A stretch of 64,000 nt of DNA from an uncultured Chloroflexia bacterium (GTDB lineage Bacteria; Chloroflexota; Limnocylindria; Limnocylindrales; CSP1-4), in the NCBI GenBank assembly GCA_963707215.1, contig CAVPPB010000003.1, positions 896,001-960,000 of the forward strand, written 5' to 3'. How positions within the stretch are numbered: position 1 is the first letter of the stretch; each line of letters begins with the position of its first letter. Below are positions 38,571-47,586 of the stretch, piece by piece. The position numbers were made by a program, and so were the translations under genes. The notes under the pieces were generated by a model that saw only the letters and a list, made by a program, of their open reading frames with translations, had not been told where the DNA came from and ran no database searches.

Positions 38571-39914
38571 ATGATGTCACGGCTCCGTGCCCTGGCCCGC
38601 AGCTACACCGGCTTCGAGCGTGACGCCCGACTGTTCCTCGTCGCGACCTTCGTGTCCGGGGCCGCCTTCAACCTCTACTGGATCGACTTCAACCTCTACC
38701 TCCGGGCCCTCGGCTTCGAGCCGTCCACGATCGGGCTGGTCGCGGCCGCCGGGTCGCTGGCGGCGGCACTGGCGGCCTTCCCCGCGTCCATCGCCTCGGA
38801 CCGGCTGGGACGCCGCCGCGTCATGCTGGCCGGGATCTGGATCATGGGCCTCGCCACGGCGGGCTACCTGCTCACCGACGGAGCGCTGGCGATCGCCCTC
38901 CTGACGGCGGCCTACGGCGCGGGCCAGCAGACGTTCTTCGTGCTGACCGCCCCCTACCTGACCGAGCACAGCCGGGCCGACCAGCGCAACGAGCTGTTCG
39001 CCCTCCAGTTCGCCATCGGGACCGTGTCGGGCTTCCTCATCGCCCCGATCGCCGGCGTGCTGGCAACGGCGGTCGCGGGCTGGGCCGGGCTCGACCCGAC
39101 CGGCGCGGACCCGTACCGGCTCATCATCCTGGGCATCGTGGCCTGCGTCGCGGTGACCTTCCTGCTCGTCGCCCGCCTGAGCGACGATCGGCCGCGACCG
39201 GTCCCACCGCCGCAGCCACGGGACCTCGGCGAGCCGGCGGCCTTCCCGATCGTCCGCCGGCGGCGACGGTCCCCCCTGCGGACCGGCCTGGCGGTCCGCG
39301 ACCGCGGTCGCTTCTTCCGGCTCCTGCTGCCCGGCTTCCTGATCGCCCTGGGGGCCGGCCAGGTCATCCCCTACCTGAACGTCTTCGTCCAGGGCAAGTT
39401 CGGGCTCGACCTCAGCCAGCTCAACCTCATCTTCGCGTTGACCCAGCTGGGCACGACCGCTGCTGTGCTGGCCCAGCCGATCGTCGCCCGTCGTCTCGGC
39501 AAGATCGGCTCCGTGGTGGCCGTCCAGGGGGTCAGCATCCCGTTCCTGATCGTGCTCGGCTTCTCCCCGATCCTCTGGCCGGTCATCCTGGCCCTGGCCG
39601 TCCGGAACGCCCTGATGAACGCCGGCAATCCCATCTTCACCGCCTTCGCGATGGAGCACGTCGATCCGTCCGAGCGGGCGACCCTCTCGGCGGCGATGAG
39701 CGTGCTCTGGTCGGTCGCCTGGGTCATCGCAGCGCCCTGGTACAGCCTGCTCCAGGCGACCCTCGGCTTCGAGGCCGGCTACGCGGTCTCGTTCGTCACG
39801 ATCATCACCCTGTACTCGACCGCGACGGCGCTGACCTGGGTCTGGTTCCACGGCGTGGAGCGGCGCCCGTCCGGCGGACTCGGGACCACGTCCGTCGCCG
39901 ACCCGACCGGGTAG
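38571..39914 (+). CDS. MFS transporter
   Basis: SDRLGRR motif A; about 12 TM segments. Confidence 0.9.
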   Translation: MMSRLRALARSYTGFERDARLFLVATFVSGAAFNLYWIDFNLYLRALGFEPSTIGLVAAAGSLAAALAAFPASIASDRLGRRRVMLAGIWIMGLATAGYLLTDGALAIALLTAAYGAGQQTFFVLTAPYLTEHSRADQRNELFALQFAIGTVSGFLIAPIAGVLATAVAGWAGLDPTGADPYRLIILGIVACVAVTFLLVARLSDDRPRPVPPPQPRDLGEPAAFPIVRRRRRSPLRTGLAVRDRGRFFRLLLPGFLIALGAGQVIPYLNVFVQGKFGLDLSQLNLIFALTQLGTTAAVLAQPIVARRLGKIGSVVAVQGVSIPFLIVLGFSPILWPVILALAVRNALMNAGNPIFTAFAMEHVDPSERATLSAAMSVLWSVAWVIAAPWYSLLQATLGFEAGYAVSFVTIITLYSTATALTWVWFHGVERRPSGGLGTTSVADPTG

Positions 39915-39923
39915 ACTCGAGTC

Positions 39924-40829
39924 ATGACCGTCGAGCCGAATCCCCCGGTCCCAGGGACGTCGGGCTCCGGGTCCGCGCAGCTCGCGGGCCCGGCTCGGGA
40001 GCGGACCGGGATCCCCCGCAACCCGGGCCGCCACGACCTCAGCATGAAGGCGACCCTGCTCTTCCCCGACCGCGAGATCGTCGAGCGCTACTACGTGCCG
40101 CTCGTCTACACGGCCTGCCGGACCTGCTACTCGGAGCTGCCGCCCGAAGAGATCTTCCGCCGGGCCGCCGGGGGCGAGGTCGACCTCGCCAAGATGCAGA
40201 AGCTCATCTCCGGGGTCATCGAATCCGGGCACGGCAGCACGATCGAGCACATCGTCTTCACCTTCGGCATCACCGGTGTCAGCCGGACCCTCTCGCACCA
40301 GCTGGTCCGCCATCGGGCCGGCGTCGCCTTCGACCAGCAGAGCCAGCGCTACGTGACCTTCAAGCGGGCGGCGACGATGCTGCCGGCCACCATCGCCGAG
40401 TCCGACGAAGGCCTGCGGGATCGCTACGAGGCCCACATCGACGAGGCGCTCGAGCTGTACGGGGAGCTTGCGGGGGCCGGGATCCCCGGCGAGGACGCCC
40501 GCTTCGTCTTCCCCAACGCGACCCGGACCAACCTCGTCATGACGACGAACCTGCGGGCCCTCATCCACATGTCCGGCCTTCGGCTCTGCACCATGGCCCA
40601 ATGGGAGATCCGACGGCTGTTCCAGTTGATCCGCCACGAGATCTTCTCGGTCAGCCCGTTCCTGGGCGCCTTCCTGGCTCCCAAGTGCGTCCCGCTCGGC
40701 TATTGCGACGAGATGGCCAACCGCGACGAGCACTGTCCCATCCGGCCCCACAAGGACAACGTCCTGGCGGCCTGGGCGGAGAAGCAGCGGGCCGCGAAGG
40801 CCGCCGGACGAGAGCTGCCGGTCCGCTGA
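39924..40829 (+). CDS. thyX: FAD-dependent thymidylate synthase
   Basis: GHGSTIEH, HQLVRHR..FDQQSQRY, EDARF, AQWEIR; -10 TAGACT 6 nt before ATG. Confidence 0.95.
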   Translation: MTVEPNPPVPGTSGSGSAQLAGPARERTGIPRNPGRHDLSMKATLLFPDREIVERYYVPLVYTACRTCYSELPPEEIFRRAAGGEVDLAKMQKLISGVIESGHGSTIEHIVFTFGITGVSRTLSHQLVRHRAGVAFDQQSQRYVTFKRAATMLPATIAESDEGLRDRYEAHIDEALELYGELAGAGIPGEDARFVFPNATRTNLVMTTNLRALIHMSGLRLCTMAQWEIRRLFQLIRHEIFSVSPFLGAFLAPKCVPLGYCDEMANRDEHCPIRPHKDNVLAAWAEKQRAAKAAGRELPVR

Positions 40830-40833
40830 TCGG

Positions 40834-41511
40834 ATGACGATCCATCTCCAGTTCGACCGGATCGCCCCGGGGGTCGAGGTCGGACCGCACCGGCACGGCG
40901 TCGAGACGATCGTCTACCTTGCCGGCGGGGAGCTGGTCTTCGAGCACGGCGAGGACCTCGAGCGCCGGTCGGTGCTGCGAGTCGGCGACGTCCTCTACGA
41001 GGCCCCCGCCGAGTACCACCTCATCCGCAACGAGGGCACCGTCGATGCGCTGGCCCTGCTCGCCGTCACCGACCCGGATCCGCGCCAGCCAGGCACGATC
41101 CTCCGGCGCTGGGATTCCGATCAGGAGCCGGTCCTGCGCGGTGATGCCGCCACCGTCGTCGACGACGACGGGATCCGCCGACGCCTCATCGTCCGACCCG
41201 GGGACTTCGGCTCGGCCACGTTCACGATCACCGAGGTGACGATGGCGGCCGGCCGAGCCGATGCCTGGCACCGGCACCCCGGGGCCGAGCACGCCGTCGT
41301 CGTCTTCGAGGGTCGTGGGGTGGTCACCGTCGGGACGGCCACCGAGACGCTCGAACCGCTCGTCGGCATCCGCGTCGAGGCGGGCCTGGTCCACCGGATC
41401 GAGAACGTCGGCCGGACCGAGCTGCGCTACTACGTCTGCGCCGTCCCCGGTCTCGACCCTACCGTGGACCGCCAGCCCGCCGAACCGCCAGCGCGCCGGC
41501 TCGACGCCTGA
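40834..41511 (+). CDS. Bicupin protein
   Basis: PHRHGVE...YH and WHRHPGAEH...VHRIEN. Confidence 0.85.
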   Translation: MTIHLQFDRIAPGVEVGPHRHGVETIVYLAGGELVFEHGEDLERRSVLRVGDVLYEAPAEYHLIRNEGTVDALALLAVTDPDPRQPGTILRRWDSDQEPVLRGDAATVVDDDGIRRRLIVRPGDFGSATFTITEVTMAAGRADAWHRHPGAEHAVVVFEGRGVVTVGTATETLEPLVGIRVEAGLVHRIENVGRTELRYYVCAVPGLDPTVDRQPAEPPARRLDA

Positions 41512-41548
41512 CCGCCGATCCCCTGCCGGTCGCGACGACGGCCCCTGG

Positions 41549-42436
41549 TCAATGCGTCGCCAGCTCAGGGCCCAGGTCGGCCACGAAGCGCCGGATGACC
41601 TGCGCGAGCCGGGGCCCTGCCTCTGCGCCGGCCGCGAGGACCTCCTCGTGACTGAGCGGCGCGCCCGTGTACCCGGCGGCCGCGTTGGTGACGAGCGAGA
41701 CGCCGACGACCCGGACCCCGGCCCAGCGGAGGGCGATCGCTTCGAGGACCGTCGACATCCCGACCGCATCGGCTCCCAGCGTTCGGAGCATCCGGATCTC
41801 GGCCGGGGTCTCGTAGGACGGTCCGACCAGTCCCACGTACACGCCTTCCCTGAGCTTCACGCCCTCGGTCTCGCCGGCGGCGCGCATGCGTTCGCGCAGG
41901 CGATCGTCGTAGACCTCCGAGAGATCGGGGAAGCGAGGTCCGATCGTGTCCGCGTTGGGGCCCAGCAGCGGGGTCCGGCCGGTCAGGTTCAGGTGATCGC
42001 TGATCACCATGATCGTTCCAGGTCGCAGGAGCGGATTGATGCCGCCGGCCGCATTCGTCAGGACGACCGCCCCGGCCCCCAGCCGGGCCATGAGGAGCAC
42101 CGGCTGGACCACCAGACCCGGATCGTTGCCCTCGTAGAGGTGCAGGCGGCCCTGGAGCATGACGACCGGGACGCCCGCCAGGCGTCCGAGGAGGACCTGC
42201 CCGACATGTCCCGGGGCCGTCGCGGCCGGCCATCCCGGCAGGTCGTCGAAGGAGATGGCGACGGGGTCCGCCAGGTCGTCGGCGAGCCCACCAAGGCCCG
42301 AGCCGAGGACGATGCCGACCTCGGGTCGGAGGTCGGTCCGGGCCCGGACGGCTCGCTCGAGCGCGTCGAGCTGCTCGGGCAGCTCCGATGGCGGGACGTG
42401 GCGCGACGGGTCCAGGGGCTGGGGCTCGGCGGGCAT
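41549..42436 (-). CDS. punA: Purine-nucleoside phosphorylase (trimeric type)
   Basis: GSGLG, GRLHLYEG, TNAAGG, GPSYETPAE, GMST, LSHEEV; RBS GGAGG. Confidence 0.95.
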   Translation of the reverse strand: MPAEPQPLDPSRHVPPSELPEQLDALERAVRARTDLRPEVGIVLGSGLGGLADDLADPVAISFDDLPGWPAATAPGHVGQVLLGRLAGVPVVMLQGRLHLYEGNDPGLVVQPVLLMARLGAGAVVLTNAAGGINPLLRPGTIMVISDHLNLTGRTPLLGPNADTIGPRFPDLSEVYDDRLRERMRAAGETEGVKLREGVYVGLVGPSYETPAEIRMLRTLGADAVGMSTVLEAIALRWAGVRVVGVSLVTNAAAGYTGAPLSHEEVLAAGAEAGPRLAQVIRRFVADLGPELATH

Positions 42437-42488
42437 GCGGAACCTCCGGTGTACCGGTCGGGAAGGCGGGCGGTCCCGCGGCTTCGCC

Positions 42489-42560
42489 CGCTCGACGGGA
42501 GTACCGACACCGGGATGCCGGTCGCGTCCCGTCGAGCGAGGCCCCGCGGGCGAGCCTCGC
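42489..42560. other. Two strong GC hairpins downstream of the candidate ncRNA
   Basis: CGCTCGACGGGA/TCCCGTCGAGCG (42489-42538); GCGAGGC/GCCTCGC (42536-42560). Confidence 0.6.
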
Positions 42561-42584
42561 GGCCGCCCGGGCGGGCAAGGAAGC

Positions 42585-42741
42585 GCCCGAAGGAACCTTC
42601 GGTCACGGAGACCATTGATGTGATCGCAGGCCGTTCCGATATCCGCGACGCGCTTGAGGCGATCTCCTGCGTCCCGGGTCCCACGTCCCTTCCCTTGATG
42701 TGATCTCGGGTCGGTCCGGGTGTCCGCTGGCCCCTTCGGGC
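42585..42741 (-). ncRNA. Candidate structured ncRNA (~157 nt), family unknown
   Basis: -10 TACTGT 7 nt upstream; 5' GCCCGAAGGGGCC pairs with 3' GGUUCCUUCGGGC using G-U pairs only possible on the minus strand; second stem; internal GCAGG/CCUGC hairpin; GAUCACAUCAA twice. Confidence 0.6.
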
Positions 42742-42748
42742 AAGACCT

Positions 42749-42754
42749 ACAGTA
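42749..42754 (-). promoter_or_regulatory. -10 element TACTGT for the candidate ncRNA
   Basis: Same TANNNT plus 6-7 nt spacing as other promoters in the window. Confidence 0.55.
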
Positions 42755-42783
42755 GTCGGCCGGCCACCATCGACACAACACGG

Positions 42784-42857
42784 TTATCCACGAACTTCCG
42801 GGAATTGCGGGCCGACTGTCCACGGATGCGGGGCCGATGTGGACGGGCGGTGGATAA
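42784..42857. promoter_or_regulatory. Cluster of four DnaA-box-like sites
   Basis: TTATCCACG (42784,+), CTGTCCACG (42816,+), CCGTCCACA (42838-46,-), TTATCCACC (42849-57,-); consensus TTWTNCACA. Confidence 0.65.
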
Positions 42858-42899
42858 CGGCCGGCCGCCCTGCGCCTGGGCCGAGCCTGCCGAGCGGGC

Positions 42900-43994
42900 T
42901 CAGCCGCCGATGGCGTACATCTCCACCTTGGGCAGCGACGCCGTCGCCTCCGTCCTGAGGTCGGAGTAGCGGTCGTCACGAGCACGCCAGGCGGCCGCCA
43001 GGAAGGCCAGCAGCTCGTCGTCGGTGGCCCCGGCACGGATCCGGCCACGGATGTCGCGACCGCGGGTCGCGAACAGGCAGGTGAAGAGCTGGCCGTCGGC
43101 GGACAGGCGGGCCCGGGTGCAGTCGCCGCAGAACGGCTCGCTGACCGAGGTGATGACGCCGATCTCGTCCGAGCCGTCGGCGTACCGCCAGCGGTTCGCA
43201 ACCTCGCCCCGGTACGACGACGGCAGGGCCTCGAGCGGCAGCTCGGCCGCGATCCGGGCAACGATCTCCGCGCCGGTGACCACGTCGTCGAGACGCCAGC
43301 CGTTGGAGTTGCCGACGTCCATGTACTCGATGAAGCGCAACACGAGGCCTTCGTCGCGAGCCCAGCGGGCCATCGGCAGGATGCCGTCGTCGTTCACGCC
43401 CCGCTTCACGACCATGTTCACCTTGACGGGGGCGAGGCCTTCCTGCCGGGCGGCGGCGATCCCATCGAGCACCCGCTTCACCGGGAAGTCGACGCCGTTC
43501 ATCGCCCGGAAGGTGGCGTCGTCGAGCGAGTCGAGGCTGACCGTCACCCGGCGGAGACCGGCGTCCGCCAGCGGGCGGGCCAGGGCCCGGAGGCCGGCGC
43601 CGTTGGTGGTGAGGGTGAGATCGAGCGGCGACCCGTCCGACGTCCGGAGGACCGCGAGCTGGGCGATGAGCTCCGGCAGATCGCGGCGCACGAGCGGCTC
43701 ACCTCCGGTGATGCGGAGCTTCTCGACCCCGAGCTCGGTGAACAGTCGGGCGACCCGGGCCAGCTCCTCGAAGGTCAGGATCTCGGCTCGCGGCAGGAAC
43801 GGGAAGTCGCGGCCGTAGACCTCGCGGGGCATGCAGTAGACGCATCGGAAGTTGCAGCGATCGGTCACCGAGAGGCGGAGGTCCCGGATCGGCCGATCGA
43901 GACGGTCGCGCGGCAGCTCGCCCGGGACGACGGCTCGCTCGTCGAGCCCGTTGTCCCCGGAGGCCGGAGGGGTCGGCAGAACGGGCAGCTCCAT
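42900..43994 (-). CDS. moaA: GTP 3',8-cyclase MoaA
   Basis: DRCNFRCVYCMP, PFCGDCTRARL...C, C-terminal IGG; leaderless -10 TACCAT. Confidence 0.97.
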   Translation of the reverse strand: MELPVLPTPPASGDNGLDERAVVPGELPRDRLDRPIRDLRLSVTDRCNFRCVYCMPREVYGRDFPFLPRAEILTFEELARVARLFTELGVEKLRITGGEPLVRRDLPELIAQLAVLRTSDGSPLDLTLTTNGAGLRALARPLADAGLRRVTVSLDSLDDATFRAMNGVDFPVKRVLDGIAAARQEGLAPVKVNMVVKRGVNDDGILPMARWARDEGLVLRFIEYMDVGNSNGWRLDDVVTGAEIVARIAAELPLEALPSSYRGEVANRWRYADGSDEIGVITSVSEPFCGDCTRARLSADGQLFTCLFATRGRDIRGRIRAGATDDELLAFLAAAWRARDDRYSDLRTEATASLPKVEMYAIGG

Positions 43995-44161
43995 GGCGGC
44001 ATGGTAGCGCGGACCCGCCGCGACCCCACCGCTCCGGTCTGCGGTACCTCCGGTCCGCCGCACTGGTACCACCGGACGACTGCACCGCACCGGACCCCCA
44101 CCTAGCATGCGGAAAGGTCCCGGGGGACCGTTCAGAGACATCGCGCAGAGGGATACCCCAG

Positions 44162-45646
44162 ATGGCGACGACCGAGACGCGCTCCGGATTCCGGCTCCCG
44201 TGGACCGGCGGGGACGACGCCCACCACGACGATCAGCTCGGCGCCCCGAACGCGCGGACCGTCGAGCCCCAGGCGACCCCGGACATCGAGCCGGCGGTCG
44301 TGACCACGACCGAGGACCATGTCGAGCAGCAGCCTGTGGCCGAGGCCCCGGTCGACACCGGCGGAGCGCCGGAGCCGGTAGCCGAGGCGCCCGGCGGCCG
44401 AGCCGCCGGCCGTGCCCGAGCCGATCGCCATCCAGATCCCGATCCGCCGACGACCTCGCAGGCGCCCGAGAGCCCCCGGCCCAAGGAGTTCCTGGCCGGC
44501 CTGACCCGGGCGATGCGGACCGCCGCCGAGGCCGAGCGGGAGCAGATCCTCGCCCGCTTCGAGGAGGACGCCCGCGCCTACATGTCGTCCATCCGCGAGC
44601 ACTCGGCCGACCAGGCCGACGCCCTCCGGCAGCGGGCGGACGACGACATCGAGGGGATCCACTCCTGGTCCGAGCGTGAGCTGGCCCGGATCCGAGAGGA
44701 GACCGAGCGACGCATCGAGCGGCGGCGGACGCGGCTCGACGAAGAGCTCGAAGGCAACACCGCCGAGACCGACCAGCGGGTCGAGCGGGTCGAGGCGACG
44801 ATCGGCAGCTTCGGCGACCAGATGGCACACTTCTTCGAGGGCCTTCTGGCCGAGGAGGACCCGGCCCGCTTCGCCGCCCTGGCGGCCAGCCTGCCGGTTC
44901 CCCCGTCGCTCGAGGCCGAGGCGACCCGGACCGATCCGGTCCCGGCTCCCGCCCCGGAGCCGACGGTGGTCGCCGACCCGGGCGGCCCCGCCGCGGCGAG
45001 TGACGTCACCGCTCCGGCTCCGACCGACGCGGCCGCCACGGATCCCTGGCGCGACATGCCGATGAGCGCCCCGCAGGCCGAGTCGGCTGATGAGAGCGAC
45101 GAGGCAGCTGCCGAGGCGGTCGAGGCCGCCCTTGAGCAGACCGATGACGACAGCACCCCGACGGACGCCGCGCCGGTCGATCCCCGGGTCGCCATGCTCG
45201 GTCTCACCCCGGACTTCGCCGCGGCCGAGGCCGAGGCGGCCGAGGCGGCCGAGGCCGAGCCCGGCCACGACGCGACCGAGGCCGAGCCCGGCCACGACGA
45301 GACCGCGGTCCCGGCGATGGACGGCGAGAACGTCGCGGCACGACTGGCCGGCCTGACCGGCCCGAGCGACGACGAGGGCGGGGCGACGACTCGCCTGGTC
45401 GTCGTGGGCCTGGTGAGCGTGGCCAGCATCGCCGGCTTCAAGCGCCAGCTCGGCCGGGTTCCGGGCGTCGCCAAGGTCGGCGTCTCGTCCGGGCCGGACG
45501 GCGAGTTCGTGTTCACCGTCGCCCATACGGAGGGGCTCGACCTTCGCGATCCCATCACGACCCTGCCCGGCTACGGTGCCCGCGTCGTCGGGACGGACGG
45601 CGACGACCTTCGCGTGGAGTGCACGGACCCCGAGTCCAACGGCTGA
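44162..45646 (+). CDS. Hypothetical coiled-coil scaffold-like protein with C-terminal alpha/beta domain
   Basis: ~130-aa E/R/A-rich helical core between acidic/Pro-rich linkers; -10 TAGCAT at 44103. Confidence 0.8.
   Translation: MATTETRSGFRLPWTGGDDAHHDDQLGAPNARTVEPQATPDIEPAVVTTTEDHVEQQPVAEAPVDTGGAPEPVAEAPGGRAAGRARADRHPDPDPPTTSQAPESPRPKEFLAGLTRAMRTAAEAEREQILARFEEDARAYMSSIREHSADQADALRQRADDDIEGIHSWSERELARIREETERRIERRRTRLDEELEGNTAETDQRVERVEATIGSFGDQMAHFFEGLLAEEDPARFAALAASLPVPPSLEAEATRTDPVPAPAPEPTVVADPGGPAAASDVTAPAPTDAAATDPWRDMPMSAPQAESADESDEAAAEAVEAALEQTDDDSTPTDAAPVDPRVAMLGLTPDFAAAEAEAAEAAEAEPGHDATEAEPGHDETAVPAMDGENVAARLAGLTGPSDDEGGATTRLVVVGLVSVASIAGFKRQLGRVPGVAKVGVSSGPDGEFVFTVAHTEGLDLRDPITTLPGYGARVVGTDGDDLRVECTDPESNG
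45251..45298 (+). repeat. 21-bp direct repeat with 27-bp period (EAEPGHD x2)
   Basis: GAGGCCGAGCCCGGCCACGAC at 45251 and 45278. Confidence 0.85.
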
Positions 45647-45659
45647 CGGAACGCGACGG

Positions 45660-46901
45660 ATGCCACGCCCCACCATCGCCATCGCTCTGCCGGTCGCCGA
45701 GGCGGCCGCCGTCTCGGCCGAGCTTGCCGAGGCCGGCTTCGAACCCGTCGCGGTCGAGGACGCGACCCAACTGGCAGGGCTGCTCGCGGAGCGCCGGTCC
45801 GTAGCCGTCGCCATCCTCGACGGCGAGCAGGACCTCGACACGGCCCTGGAGCAGTACGGGGTCCTACAGGAGCGTCAGCCCCCGGTCCCCGCGCTGATGG
45901 TCGTGTCGCCCTCGAGCTTCGATCGACTGGCTGGGGCGGGCGGCGGCGGGGCCGACGACGAGTATCTCGTTCGGCCGTACTCGACCGAGGCGGTCCGCTG
46001 GCGGGTCGAGGCGATGTGCATCCGCTCGGCCACCGTCGACGACGGCAGCGGCGATGCCGTCCTGGCCGGCGGCCTCGGGGACGGCCTGGACTGGGCCAAC
46101 CTTGGGACGGTCCTGGTCGTCTTCAATCCGAAGGGCGGGGTCGGCAAGACCACGGTCGCGACCAACCTCGCGGCCGCCATCCAGGCCCGCGGCGACCAGC
46201 AGGTGCTCCTGGTGGATGCCGACACGGTGACCGGGCACATCCTCGTGTCCCTGGGGCTCGAGACAGCGCCGACGCTGGCCGACGCCTGGCGTGACGAGGC
46301 CGAGGGAGGTCCGACCCAGACGTTGACCGATCTCGCGGCGCCGCACACCAGCGGGATGCGGGTCATGGCCCTCACGGGCAGCCCCATCCACGTCGACGTC
46401 CTCGCGCCGGACCGCGTGGCCGCGACCATCGAGGCCGCCCGGCGCGCCTTCGACGTCGTCGTCGTCGACCTGCATCCCTCGTACAGCGCCCTCAATCGAG
46501 CGATCTTCCGGGCCGCCGACCGGGTCCTGGTCCCGGTGACCCCGGACGTCCCGGCCCTGCGGGCCACGGTCCAGTTCATCGACGTCTCCGAGGACCTCGG
46601 CATCCGCGACCGACTCACCGTGCTGGTGAACCGGGCCAATAGCGGGATCTCGGTCCCGGACGTCGAGAGCGCCCTCGGGTCGACCGTCTTCGCGCAGGTC
46701 CGTTCCGGCGGGATGGTCTTCGTGACGGCGGCCAACGAGGGTCGCACGGCGATCGACCGGTTCCCCAGGGAGAAGGTCACGGGCGACTTCCACGAGCTCG
46801 CCCGGAAGCTCTTCACCTCGGTGCCCCGCGAGGTCGGAGCGGCAAGCCCGGCCAAGGGCGGGCTGCGGCTCCTGGGCCGCAGGATCTCCGCTGGGACCTG
46901 A
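45660..46901 (+). CDS. MinD/ParA/CpaE-family ATPase with N-terminal pseudo-receiver domain
   Basis: VAILD..ADDEYLVRPY receiver remnants; deviant Walker A KGGVGKTT, VDAD, VVDL, VNR; amphipathic C-terminus. Confidence 0.88.
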   Translation: MPRPTIAIALPVAEAAAVSAELAEAGFEPVAVEDATQLAGLLAERRSVAVAILDGEQDLDTALEQYGVLQERQPPVPALMVVSPSSFDRLAGAGGGGADDEYLVRPYSTEAVRWRVEAMCIRSATVDDGSGDAVLAGGLGDGLDWANLGTVLVVFNPKGGVGKTTVATNLAAAIQARGDQQVLLVDADTVTGHILVSLGLETAPTLADAWRDEAEGGPTQTLTDLAAPHTSGMRVMALTGSPIHVDVLAPDRVAATIEAARRAFDVVVVDLHPSYSALNRAIFRAADRVLVPVTPDVPALRATVQFIDVSEDLGIRDRLTVLVNRANSGISVPDVESALGSTVFAQVRSGGMVFVTAANEGRTAIDRFPREKVTGDFHELARKLFTSVPREVGAASPAKGGLRLLGRRISAGT

Positions 46902-46931
46902 TCCCGGCCGACCTGTGCCAGCGCGCGGCCC

Positions 46932-47582
46932 CTAGCGGCTGCGATCCCGCCAGCTCGTGCCGCCGAGCGGCTGTCCTGGTAGCGGCTGGACCCGCTGGCC
47001 CGTCCGTCGGTCGACCTGCTCGATCCCCCGCAGGTAGAAGCGGTTGACCAGGACGGTGTCGACGGAGTCGTCGGTCAGCCGCTCATCGCCGTAGAAGGCG
47101 ACGGCGTCCGTCGCAGCGATGAACATCTCCGTGGACCGATCGAGCAAACGCTCCGGCTCCGAGCCCGGGTAGAGGTAGACGGTCCCGACGACCCGGAAGG
47201 GCGGCGCCTCCAGGGCAAGGTCGTAGGCGATCTTGTGGACCTTGAAGGCCGCCTTCTCGGACTCGCTGAGGTCCGGCAGCGAATCGCCGCCCGTCATCAC
47301 CACGATGAGATCGTAGGGATCGACCGCCTCCAGGCCCGGCGCCGCTTCCAGCGGCCCGCGTCCGTCGGCCGATCCCCAGCTGACCCCCGAGATGGCGATG
47401 GGCTCGCGACGATTGAGGACGTCCGAGAGTCGACCCTCGATGTGCATCGTCCCGACCAGGTGCCACTCCTCCGTCAGGCCGTCGAACGGGACCGGGCGAC
47501 CGGGCAGCTCGCGGGCGTGCGGGACGGCCGGGACCTCGACGGCCTCGGTCTTCGGCTTCCGCTTGAACGGGTTGAAGGGCAC
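46932..47582 (-). CDS. Hypothetical tandem beta-domain protein; paralog of 5449..5964
   Basis: RBS GAGGAG within the acs end; GRLSDVLN, VLVNR. Confidence 0.8.
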   Translation of the reverse strand: MPFNPFKRKPKTEAVEVPAVPHARELPGRPVPFDGLTEEWHLVGTMHIEGRLSDVLNRREPIAISGVSWGSADGRGPLEAAPGLEAVDPYDLIVVMTGGDSLPDLSESEKAAFKVHKIAYDLALEAPPFRVVGTVYLYPGSEPERLLDRSTEMFIAATDAVAFYGDERLTDDSVDTVLVNRFYLRGIEQVDRRTGQRVQPLPGQPLGGTSWRDRSR

Positions 47583-47586
47583 GCCC

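Noticed and set aside
42058-42684. 208-aa minus-strand ORF crossing the candidate ncRNA
   Set aside because: Overlaps punA out of frame, low-complexity R/S/P composition, no motifs; RNA structure explains the region better
42615-42705. TGTGA motifs as CRP sites
   Set aside because: No TCACA half-site at 6-nt spacing; they form an 80-bp-spaced direct repeat instead
42437-42741. Purine riboswitch, tmRNA, RNase P or SRP identity for the intergenic RNA
   Set aside because: Diagnostic conserved segments were not seen by eye; needs Rfam confirmation
43995-44100. Moco riboswitch upstream of moaA
   Set aside because: The -10 lies 6 nt from the ATG, so there is no leader
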